Of a DNA stretch of 26,470 nucleotides, positions 1 through 7,370 are shown piece by piece; positions within the stretch are counted from its first letter, which is position 1; every line of letters begins with the position of its first letter. Origin of the DNA: Pseudomonadota bacterium (lineage in GTDB: Bacteria; Bdellovibrionota_B; Oligoflexia; Oligoflexales; RGVZ01); assembly GCA_041178085.1 (NCBI GenBank), contig JBEGVZ010000001.1, forward strand, positions 1-26,470, read 5' to 3'. A program made the position numbers and the translations under genes. The notes beneath the pieces are model-generated. The model was given only the letters and a program-made list of their open reading frames with translations, did no database searches and was not told where the DNA came from.

Positions 1-395
1 CAAAGGATGGATCACCCCATTCCGCAGATGTCAGTGACGCAGGGCCCATCAATCAAGCGCCTGCCGGCGAAGAAGAGATGGTGACCCTTTACGACTGCTT
101 CGCTGTGGCGACTTATTACGATGGCGAGATCGGGCCCCATACCGGGACCATCACAGTTGCGATGGTCGACGCAAATACGGAAGTAAACCTTGAATTCTGG
201 CACGGCCATGGCGGCAGCCAGCACAAGTTCACGGTCACTGCTGGCCATTTCCAGTCAATCCGGGACCTGCAGAAAACTTGGATTGAAACGACAAGCGTCG
301 ACAACCACACCCATAAATTGTTCATCGATCCGGTGGACCCGCGCTGGCGGGTTCCTGGGGCTAAACCAGTCCAGATAAAACGAAAACGCGGCTGA
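1..395 (+). CDS. 5'-truncated hypothetical protein with His motifs (possible metal-binding)
   Basis: The frame of ORF 78..395 is open back to the window edge (KDGSPHSADVSDAGPINQAPAGEEE-MVTL...). It contains WHGHGGSQHKFTVT and TTSVDNHTHKLFI motifs. Stop TGA at 393-395. Confidence 0.7.
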   Translation, partial: KDGSPHSADVSDAGPINQAPAGEEEMVTLYDCFAVATYYDGEIGPHTGTITVAMVDANTEVNLEFWHGHGGSQHKFTVTAGHFQSIRDLQKTWIETTSVDNHTHKLFIDPVDPRWRVPGAKPVQIKRKRG

Positions 396-423
396 CCGGT
401 GTCAGACCGGCTGGAGGTGTTGC

Positions 424-2097
424 ATGCATCGATTGAATGCAGGACATGGCTTTATTTTCATCCTTGCGGTGGTGTTCGCCCACGGCAAGCCATTGTTTGC
501 CGGGGTGCCTTCCGGTGAAAGTGTCGTCGTTCCCAAACTTCGTGAATTTTGTCAGTCGTGTCATGCCGTCGGTGACGTCCGGTTTATCCGCAGTGCCGAT
601 GATCACGTTGTTTGGGTGGAATTGTTCAAAGGTAAAGCCCCGAAGAGTGGCAAGGTGTGGGCGGATGCCATCGTGGATGTTCTCAGCTGGCCATCGAATG
701 ATCCGCCCGATTTTGAATCCCCGATTGAACCGGGGCGCGACTGGATGCCGAAGGGATCAAAGCGCCTTGCTCTTGCTACGGACACTGTGAACGGCGAACT
801 GACAAGGCACATGCTTTTGCGGGAGCTGCGCAGGGGTGTTGCAGCAGATGGCAGAGAAGGCTTCTATCCGCGTTGTGCTCCTTCGCCCAAACTGGTCGAT
901 CCGGCTCTTGGCTTGCGTAAAGGCTACATGGACTTTTTCAATCCTGCCGAACTTGCCAGCGTCAAGGAATTGTTGCCGGTGCTGTCGGATGCGACGCTCG
1001 ATCAAGTCATGCGCGGCGCTGAGACGATGTGGTACGACGAAGAGACGATGGCTTTCTCCTACCAGGACAGCGAAGAGACAGTCACAGGAGTCCGCGCCAA
1101 CTGTGTCGGTCGGGAAGTGGGTGAGCGGAACGCAGACAATCCGGGAATCTTCAAGCTGACGAAATACTTTGGCGCTGACTACCGGTTTCGTGAACCCTTC
1201 CGGAAGGCGGCAGGCACCAATGATGTTGAGAATGTGAAGGTGGTTAACTTCTGGCTTCCTCCACGCGACAAGGATGGAAATGTCATTCCCGTCCGTTACT
1301 GGAAGACGGGCAGCCGGAGTCGCTGGCGCTGGGCGTTCCCGGTCGATACGGTGTTCGGTGAAGTCTTGATGCAGCGGGATTCTGCGGGGAAGCTACACGT
1401 TTTCGAAGTTCGTACGCGAAAGCGCTACTTGCAAGGCTGGGCAGTGAACATGTTCCGTCCTTTCCGGACGGCGCAGGAGATGGCTGTCGCTGTTCGTTCC
1501 TTGCGCCCGAATTGGTTGATCGATCCTAATCTTGTGCAGCTGGTCCAACACCTTGATGACCCGGGCACCCTGCGTAGCCACAGCATGAAATCGGTCCCTT
1601 TTGGACGCATTTTCCCTGAGATCAAGGGTGCCATTGACGAGATTCCGGCGATTGCGGATGAAGGGCTGGTGAAAGCTTTGCTACACCGGAAATTTGTTTC
1701 CGTGGAAGGATCCGTGTGGAAGGAGAACCCTGGCTTGTTGACCTACGCGCCTGGGTCAGCCGGGGAATTCTCGATCGTCCCGCGCGGCTACGAAATGGGT
1801 TTGATTCCAGTCAATGATGAATCCTGCTCTCGCTGTCACAACGAGACAGGGCGTCGCCTTGGCCAGATTGAGGGAGACATCGTCCTTTACGGCGAAGTCT
1901 GGGGCGAGGATCAGATTTTCACTTGGCACCTGTTTGAGCCAAACAGGAATATTTTTGATGTGTATGACGAGTCGGATGGAAGCCGCGTCGTTAATCCACG
2001 CATGGTCCAGGCAGGGTTGGTGTCGCAAGGTCAGCCCGATACCGGATCAAATGTGTGGCGCGCGCTGCCATCTGCTTATGATAAGGCGGCCCCCTGA
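424..2097 (+). CDS. Secreted putative di-haem c-type cytochrome domain protein
   Basis: GGAGG RBS at 413-417; hydrophobic N-terminal signal (FIFILAVVFA...LFA); haem-binding motifs CQSCH (550-564) and CSRCH (1825-1839); 557 aa. Confidence 0.7.
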   Translation: MHRLNAGHGFIFILAVVFAHGKPLFAGVPSGESVVVPKLREFCQSCHAVGDVRFIRSADDHVVWVELFKGKAPKSGKVWADAIVDVLSWPSNDPPDFESPIEPGRDWMPKGSKRLALATDTVNGELTRHMLLRELRRGVAADGREGFYPRCAPSPKLVDPALGLRKGYMDFFNPAELASVKELLPVLSDATLDQVMRGAETMWYDEETMAFSYQDSEETVTGVRANCVGREVGERNADNPGIFKLTKYFGADYRFREPFRKAAGTNDVENVKVVNFWLPPRDKDGNVIPVRYWKTGSRSRWRWAFPVDTVFGEVLMQRDSAGKLHVFEVRTRKRYLQGWAVNMFRPFRTAQEMAVAVRSLRPNWLIDPNLVQLVQHLDDPGTLRSHSMKSVPFGRIFPEIKGAIDEIPAIADEGLVKALLHRKFVSVEGSVWKENPGLLTYAPGSAGEFSIVPRGYEMGLIPVNDESCSRCHNETGRRLGQIEGDIVLYGEVWGEDQIFTWHLFEPNRNIFDVYDESDGSRVVNPRMVQAGLVSQGQPDTGSNVWRALPSAYDKAAP

Positions 2098-2112
2098 AGC
2101 TGAAGTGCAGGT

Positions 2113-3141
2113 TCAGAAGGAGCGGCTGCCACCCAGGGCAACATGCCAGATTTTCCTGGGTTCACTCGTCTGGTAGACGCCCGCAGAGACCAGAACTTCG
2201 TCGGTGTCCTCCAGCCAATACTCACGCCACATCCGGTAGCGCATGGTGGCATATATCTGGTCGCTGCCTAGTGTCCGGCGCTCACCATTGGTTGCGCGCG
2301 GCACTTCTGTTTCCCGGTACCAGCGATATCCCGGGGCCAGGATCGTGCGCTCACCTGTCTTCTGGTGCCACTCGATAAATGCGGAATCAGCGCTTACAGC
2401 GCCGGTCAGGGTGACCGGCCGGATCTCGCCAGAATTCTTGAACCGGCTGACTCCGAAGTGCACGGCTGCCATGAGCGGAGCGATGAACTGACGACCTTCA
2501 ATGTTTCCAGTGGTCGCCGTGGGACGGTCTTGCCGGAGGTTCATGCTCAACTTGCCCCGCCAAAGGAACGACGGTGTCGCAAGATGGAGCCAGCTGATTC
2601 CAGTGCTCGTCCCGCCTATGCGTTCAGGAGTCAATATGCGCTTGCCATCAACGTCTGTGACATCCAGCCCGGTGGTGTTGATGAATGTGCGCTGCGCATC
2701 CAGTGTCCACCTGGTCGTTTGCTGGCCTGTCCAGATCGATGCAGACACCCCGACCCAGCGGCTATAGGTACGCAATTCTCCGTCTGCTGATGGTGAGGCT
2801 GATCCCAGCCACCCGGCAGTGGGAGAAACAGTGAGGGGAGACAGCCCATCTTCCGAATTCGATAGTTCGTAATCAAAACTTCCCGAGACGGCCGTTTCGT
2901 TTCCAGCCAGTGGTGAATCCGGCTCAGATTTTCCGATCGTGTGACGGCGGGAAATTCCGATGCGGGTCCCGGTTGAGGGGCGGATATTTGTCGTCTCAAG
3001 AAGGGCGCTGGTCGAGCCGTCCGAGTACAGGGCAGCGACTGCCTCGAATTTTCGGTTGCGAGGTAGTTCATCTTGTCCGTGAGCTGGCAGTGTGGCGATG
3101 ACTGGCATCAAGGCAATCGCAGTCATGATGGGCTTCGTCAT
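2113..3141 (-). CDS. DUF3570-like outer-membrane beta-barrel protein
   Basis: Signal peptide from ATG 3141 (MTKPIMTAIALMPVIATLPAHG); amphipathic beta-strand pattern; C-terminal Phe (VALGGSRSF); directly follows a DUF4266-like gene and a TlpA gene, the known neighbourhood of DUF3570. Confidence 0.6.
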   Translation of the reverse strand: MTKPIMTAIALMPVIATLPAHGQDELPRNRKFEAVAALYSDGSTSALLETTNIRPSTGTRIGISRRHTIGKSEPDSPLAGNETAVSGSFDYELSNSEDGLSPLTVSPTAGWLGSASPSADGELRTYSRWVGVSASIWTGQQTTRWTLDAQRTFINTTGLDVTDVDGKRILTPERIGGTSTGISWLHLATPSFLWRGKLSMNLRQDRPTATTGNIEGRQFIAPLMAAVHFGVSRFKNSGEIRPVTLTGAVSADSAFIEWHQKTGERTILAPGYRWYRETEVPRATNGERRTLGSDQIYATMRYRMWREYWLEDTDEVLVSAGVYQTSEPRKIWHVALGGSRSF

Positions 3142-3143
3142 GT

Positions 3144-3368
3144 TTACTTTCCGCAAGTCGGGCAGGAAGTTCCTGCGCTTGCGCCGCTACCACTGGCGCC
3201 TTTTTCGTTAAGGCGTGCAGGCTCACCGAGGGTCGCACCAGCAAGGCCAGGGTCCTTTGCCGGGTCCATCAACGGGTCCAGGATTTGCGCTTTCTTGAAT
3301 TTTACGTCCGGGTTGACGCACCCCGAAAGGAGGGCGCCCGCCGCCAGCAGGATAGGCATCATTTTCAC
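3144..3368 (-). CDS. DUF4266-like small lipoprotein with C-terminal CxxC
   Basis: Lipobox LLSGC; ILDPLMD segment resembling the DUF4266 LADPxM motif; Gly/Ser-rich tail ending SCPTCGK; purine-rich RBS upstream of the GTG start. Confidence 0.65.
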   Translation of the reverse strand: MKMMPILLAAGALLSGCVNPDVKFKKAQILDPLMDPAKDPGLAGATLGEPARLNEKGASGSGASAGTSCPTCGK

Positions 3369-3430
3369 GCGGGTTTCCTTTCCCTTCCGGATGCATTTGC
3401 CTCCGGTCTCGTGGATGATTTTACAATGGT

Positions 3431-3943
3431 TCAGTGTGCCTGGGAAATTTGCCTGAAAAGTCGTTCAAATTCCACGGGTGAGCCATGCCCGAGCAACTGC
3501 CCGGCGACGCTGCCGTCGCGGTTGATGAACAGGGTCGCCGGAACAGCCTTGATATTCAGGCTTTCGGCAAGTTTCTGCCTGGTGTCGACAAACGCTGCAG
3601 CAGTCAGCCTTTCTGCGAGGGGCCCTGCAGGTTTCAGATAATTCCGCGCAGCAGCCGGATCTTCGTCAAGACTTATGTTGATGAAGCCGACTTTAAGATC
3701 ATTGGTGTCGAGCTTCTTGATCGAGGACTCCATGGCAGAACGGCAGCCGACACACCAGGATGCCCAGAACTGAACGATGAGCGGCTGGCCCGTGGGTATG
3801 CCAGCCGCCTTGTTTTCTGTTTGTGCCGCCAATGCAACAGGTGCTGCCTTTGCAAACTCGTCATGGAAGCGGGGTGCGTTTCCGGCGATCGCATTGGTGG
3901 CCAAAAATGCGATGGCGATGAAGGTCGAAATCCGGAGAATCAT
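3431..3943 (-). CDS. TlpA/ResA-family thiol-disulfide oxidoreductase (exported)
   Basis: Signal peptide (..TNAIA); FWASWCVGC active site (CVGC at 3743-3754); INISLDED and IKAVPATLFINRDG cis-Pro motifs. Confidence 0.9.
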   Translation of the reverse strand: MILRISTFIAIAFLATNAIAGNAPRFHDEFAKAAPVALAAQTENKAAGIPTGQPLIVQFWASWCVGCRSAMESSIKKLDTNDLKVGFINISLDEDPAAARNYLKPAGPLAERLTAAAFVDTRQKLAESLNIKAVPATLFINRDGSVAGQLLGHGSPVEFERLFRQISQAH

Positions 3944-3971
3944 CTAGTCGCCCCTTTTCAAGTTTTTTCGC

Positions 3972-4565
3972 TCAGTTGCTGGAAGCTAGCGTCCGCAGCG
4001 CGGACAACACGGCGCTGTTCGGGTGGGGCAGGTTGGTGAACATCCCCCGGCCATTCTGGCCCAGGACCACGATCACATTGCGATCAGGTTTCGAAGGGTC
4101 ATTCTGGAGTGACAACCAGAGGCTGCTACGCTCGTCGTGAGCTCGCAGCGAAGCCGGCGCCCAGGTCCCCATGAATCCTGCGAAGTCCTGATCCTGGAAG
4201 TCCTCAAGGAAGTCCGTGAAGACGACGACATGCGCGACGCTGTTGCCACCAGCGGACTGTAAAGAGGAAGTGAATTCACGGGCGTCTGCCTGGCATGTGT
4301 TGCAGGTCACGCCTGCAAACTGGAATATGGCGGCTTTTTTTCCGGTCGCGGCAAGTGCTGCCTGAAGAGACATGCTGCGCCCCTGGTAGTTGATTCGCCA
4401 TGATGATGCCGGCAAGTCTTGAATTTGATTCCCGGGCTGAAGCCTGCCGCCACTTTGGATCGCCTGGCCAGGCTGTTGTTTCGCAGGTTCTGGCTGTGCA
4501 GAGCTGGCGCAACCGCCAAGTGTGGTTGCCAGCAAGAAGGGAATGACTGCAAGTGCGGTCTTCAT
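3972..4565 (-). CDS. Thioredoxin-fold lipoprotein (CNTC)
   Basis: Likely ATG at 4565 with AGGAG RBS at 4575-4579; lipobox TLGGC; IFQFAGVTCNTCQADA redoxin-like strand-CxxC-helix (4293-4304). Confidence 0.7.
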   Translation of the reverse strand: MKTALAVIPFLLATTLGGCASSAQPEPAKQQPGQAIQSGGRLQPGNQIQDLPASSWRINYQGRSMSLQAALAATGKKAAIFQFAGVTCNTCQADAREFTSSLQSAGGNSVAHVVVFTDFLEDFQDQDFAGFMGTWAPASLRAHDERSSLWLSLQNDPSKPDRNVIVVLGQNGRGMFTNLPHPNSAVLSALRTLASSN

Positions 4566-4593
4566 GGGTTTGGTCTCCTGATGCTTCTTGTTG

Positions 4594-4609
4594 AGCAAGG
4601 TTCGTGCCG
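4594..4609 (-). promoter_or_regulatory. Sigma-54 (RpoN) -24/-12 promoter for the leftward redox operon
   Basis: The minus strand reads CGGCACGAACCTTGCT, matching the YGGCACG-N4-TTGCW consensus with exact GG-N10-GC spacing. The predicted start (~4583) lies just upstream of the RBS and ATG at 4565. Confidence 0.75.
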
Positions 4610-4785
4610 CCTGCGGTATCCGCGCTTTCTTTTACAAGGGTGTTGTACGTGGCGGGATTCATGCGGATTTTTTCCGGGGTATGCTGGTTACGGGATTGGA
4701 GCCCCTTCCGCTGACTGTCGAATGCCTTGCCGGTGACAAGATCGTGGACGGCAGGTGGGCCATTTGTGGCCGATGAAAAGTCAGC

Positions 4786-4804
4786 AAATTATTGAAATTA
4801 TTGA
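4786..4804. repeat. AT-rich tandem repeat (AAATTATTG x2), IHF-site-like
   Basis: aaattattg at 4786-4794 and 4795-4803. The minus strand TTTCAATAATTTG matches the IHF consensus WATCAANNNNTTR with one mismatch. It lies between two sigma-54-like promoters. Confidence 0.45.
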
Positions 4805-4834
4805 GTAATTTTCTTTGTTCGCGCCGCCGGCCTC

Positions 4835-4850
4835 TGGCACAAGTCTTGAA
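4835..4850 (+). promoter_or_regulatory. Sigma-54-like promoter (variant -12) for the rightward thioredoxin lipoprotein
   Basis: TGGCACAAGTCTTGAA has a good -24 element and correct spacing, but GA instead of GC at -12. It lies ~55 nt upstream of ATG 4904. Confidence 0.5.
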
Positions 4851-4903
4851 TATGCCGTGGTATCTCGGAAAGGCAGGTTGTTGCTGTGATTCGTAATCCT
4901 TTG

Positions 4904-5836
4904 ATGAACCGCTCTGTCTTCATGTTTGCCCTGGCGATCCTGCAGGGTGCTTGTATGGGTCCGCGTGGCGGGCTGGGTGCGCCGGGGTCCGCTCGCCGGG
5001 CTTCGCTCACCTCCATCGACGTGAACCTACCCGATGCATCGATGTTGGAGGCGCGTGACCAGAGAGTCCGCCAACTCATCAACGATCAAAATTTCGGTTC
5101 AAGGATCGTGGTGGAACCCTCAGACCCCACTTGTGTCGCCCCAACACGAATCGATGAGGTTTCCAAATTCGAAGCTTCGCTTCGCCTTGGCGTCTCCATC
5201 AAGCAGGGTTGCGACTACCTGGTGACCGTAGAACTTGGCCGGACAGGCGCCGCCGGTCGGATGATGGACGCGATGTTTCGTAACGACCCCCCGTTGGCGA
5301 TAAAGCGTTCGGACATCCAGGGCAAGCCGACCTTCCAGGCCAATATCGTTTTGAAGGTCGTCACCAACCAGCAACAGGATCAGCAAAACGTACCTTCAAG
5401 ACCTGCGTTCCCGGCAGAAAAAGATTCCGAATTCCTGGACGCCCAAGGCAACACTGTTCGTTTGTCAGAGATCTTCCGCGGTGAATACCTTCTGCTTGAT
5501 TTCTCTCAGCCAGGATGTAGCGCTTGCATAAGCATGGCCGAGGAACTGACAACGGATCAGGAGTTCATGCGTGCTTTCGCATTGGAAGGTTCAAAGTGCT
5601 CCATGGCAACCGTGGTCCCGCAAAGCCAGCGTAGCGGGTGGCTGTCGATGTTCTCCGCCACTGACATGATCGGTCGTCATTCCGTGTTTCCGGCAGGTGG
5701 ATTTTCAGAAGTCGCGGGTAAATTTGGTGAGCGGATCACGGCAACCCCGACGTTCCTTCTGATTGATCGTTCAGGCAACGTAGTCGGTAAGAGCGCTGGC
5801 GGGTTGCCGGACAATGCCAGACAGCTTTGCCGGTGA
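4904..5836 (+). CDS. Lipoprotein with N-terminal unknown domain and C-terminal TlpA-like thioredoxin domain (CSAC)
   Basis: Lipobox LQGAC; Gln-rich linker; LLLDFSQPGCSACISMA (CSAC 5516-5527); ITATPTFLLIDRSG cis-Pro motif. Start at ATG 4904 or GTG 4886. Confidence 0.75.
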   Translation: MNRSVFMFALAILQGACMGPRGGLGAPGSARRASLTSIDVNLPDASMLEARDQRVRQLINDQNFGSRIVVEPSDPTCVAPTRIDEVSKFEASLRLGVSIKQGCDYLVTVELGRTGAAGRMMDAMFRNDPPLAIKRSDIQGKPTFQANIVLKVVTNQQQDQQNVPSRPAFPAEKDSEFLDAQGNTVRLSEIFRGEYLLLDFSQPGCSACISMAEELTTDQEFMRAFALEGSKCSMATVVPQSQRSGWLSMFSATDMIGRHSVFPAGGFSEVAGKFGERITATPTFLLIDRSGNVVGKSAGGLPDNARQLCR

Positions 5837-7369
5837 TCAGCTGCCCAGCAAAGCCGTGGTCTGGACAACCAGGCTGTAGCCACGCATGGACCCGCGGTCG
5901 GTGACCGGCCTGGACACAAGCTCGCTGCCAGTCGCTTTATCACTCGTGCCAGTCGTTTGAAGTTCATCGTAGTTGGCAGTGTAACTGGCAATCACAGGCA
6001 CATCGATCCATGCCGATATAACGTATCCATCAATCGTCGTTTTAAGGTCCTCACGGGAATTTGACTTTCTGGGCTTGCGCCAGTTTGCGTTAAAGGAAGC
6101 TCCTGCGATTGCTGACAACCTGGTGCTTCTCAGCACGTAATTGTCGAGCAGGGCTGTCCGCGTGGTTGAGTTTTCCTGACTATCCGTGACGACCAGATCC
6201 TTTTCGAAAGCGCTACCGATGGCGCGACCGGTCGCGTCGATGTAACCAACACCTGCAAGCAGGGCTGGTGTGCCAGCCGCGAATTCACCTAGCTGGTAAC
6301 TACCCAGGACGGTGATTCCAGTGCCGTTGTAGTCCACGTCAATTCTGCGTAACTGGCCGGGATTGACCGGCTCGTAAGGACCAAGCACCAAATCCAGCGT
6401 GGAGCTGAACTCCCATTTTCCGCGACCGGCCACATAACCGAGGCTGATTCTTCCCGCTTTGCCCCGGACGTCGTGAATGCCATCTGTTTCCAGTTCGTGC
6501 AAGGCCAGGCCAAGGCCGAAAGACCACGAGGAGTGCTTCCCCGTTACGGGGGCTGTGCTCGCTGCCTGGGCATTCTTGCCGACAAGGGTGGATGCAGTTA
6601 AGGCTATAACCACCGCCAGCGCAGCCGCCGGAGCTGAAGTTCCCCTGCGTCCCTCCAGCCACCGGATGATCACGATCGAAAGCTCGAACAAGGCATAAAG
6701 AGGCACTGCCATGACGAATTGCGACACAGGGTCTGGCCCCGGAGTCAGCAGTGCGGCAATGATCAGCAATACAACGAGTGTTGCCCGGCGCTGTGACGAG
6801 AGCATCTTCGAGTCAACGATGCCAAGCATTGACAGGAGGATCAGAATCAATGGCGCTTCAAACACGAGTCCGAATCCTGCAAACATCAAGACGAGAAGGT
6901 TGATGTAGTCCGTCACAGTGATGATCGGCACGCCAACTTCAAGGCCCATCTGGATCAAGAATCCCAGCGTAAAAGGCAACGCGACGAAGTAACAGAAGGA
7001 CACTCCCGCCAGAAACAGCACGACAGACCCCCAGATGAACGGGAGAACGTATTTGCGTTCAGACGGATAGAGTCCAGGCTCGAAGAATTTCCAGAATTCC
7101 CTCAGCCAGAACGGGCTGGTGATGATCACAGCGCCCATGAAAGCCACCTTCATGCCGGTGAACATCACATCCATCGGGCCGGTGAAATGAAGCGCAGGAA
7201 CACCCGGGGGCAGAGCGTTCACGAGTGGGGTTTTCAGGTAGTTCAAGAGTGCCTGGGACTTGAACACCAGGATCAAGAACGTCACCATCAGCACCGTCAT
7301 GGACCGGGTCAATCGCCGGCGAAGTTCATCCAGGTGTTGAAGCAGTGGCATGGCTTTTTCCAGGTTCAC
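5837..7369 (-). CDS. tatC: Twin-arginine translocase subunit TatC fused to a C-terminal beta-strand-rich exported domain
   Basis: MPLLQHLDELRRRL, FFEPGLYPSERK, FGLVFEAP and LLTPGPDPVSQ...PLYALFE TatC motifs in aa 1-240. The frame continues without a stop for another 270 aa. Confidence 0.9.
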   Translation of the reverse strand: MNLEKAMPLLQHLDELRRRLTRSMTVLMVTFLILVFKSQALLNYLKTPLVNALPPGVPALHFTGPMDVMFTGMKVAFMGAVIITSPFWLREFWKFFEPGLYPSERKYVLPFIWGSVVLFLAGVSFCYFVALPFTLGFLIQMGLEVGVPIITVTDYINLLVLMFAGFGLVFEAPLILILLSMLGIVDSKMLSSQRRATLVVLLIIAALLTPGPDPVSQFVMAVPLYALFELSIVIIRWLEGRRGTSAPAAALAVVIALTASTLVGKNAQAASTAPVTGKHSSWSFGLGLALHELETDGIHDVRGKAGRISLGYVAGRGKWEFSSTLDLVLGPYEPVNPGQLRRIDVDYNGTGITVLGSYQLGEFAAGTPALLAGVGYIDATGRAIGSAFEKDLVVTDSQENSTTRTALLDNYVLRSTRLSAIAGASFNANWRKPRKSNSREDLKTTIDGYVISAWIDVPVIASYTANYDELQTTGTSDKATGSELVSRPVTDRGSMRGYSLVVQTTALLGS

Positions 7370-7370
7370 G

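Noticed and set aside
5828..5839. Possible selenocysteine read-through at the TGA after C-terminal ...LCR of the thioredoxin lipoprotein
   Set aside because: The TGA is not in a CxxU/UxxC context, the domain is already complete, and read-through would run antisense into the tatC fusion.
6339..6662. Alternative minus-strand ORF starting at the TatC fusion junction, a possible sign of a frameshift or separate gene
   Set aside because: Its translation has no signal or strand pattern and stops early; the protein-like sequence stays in the TatC frame.
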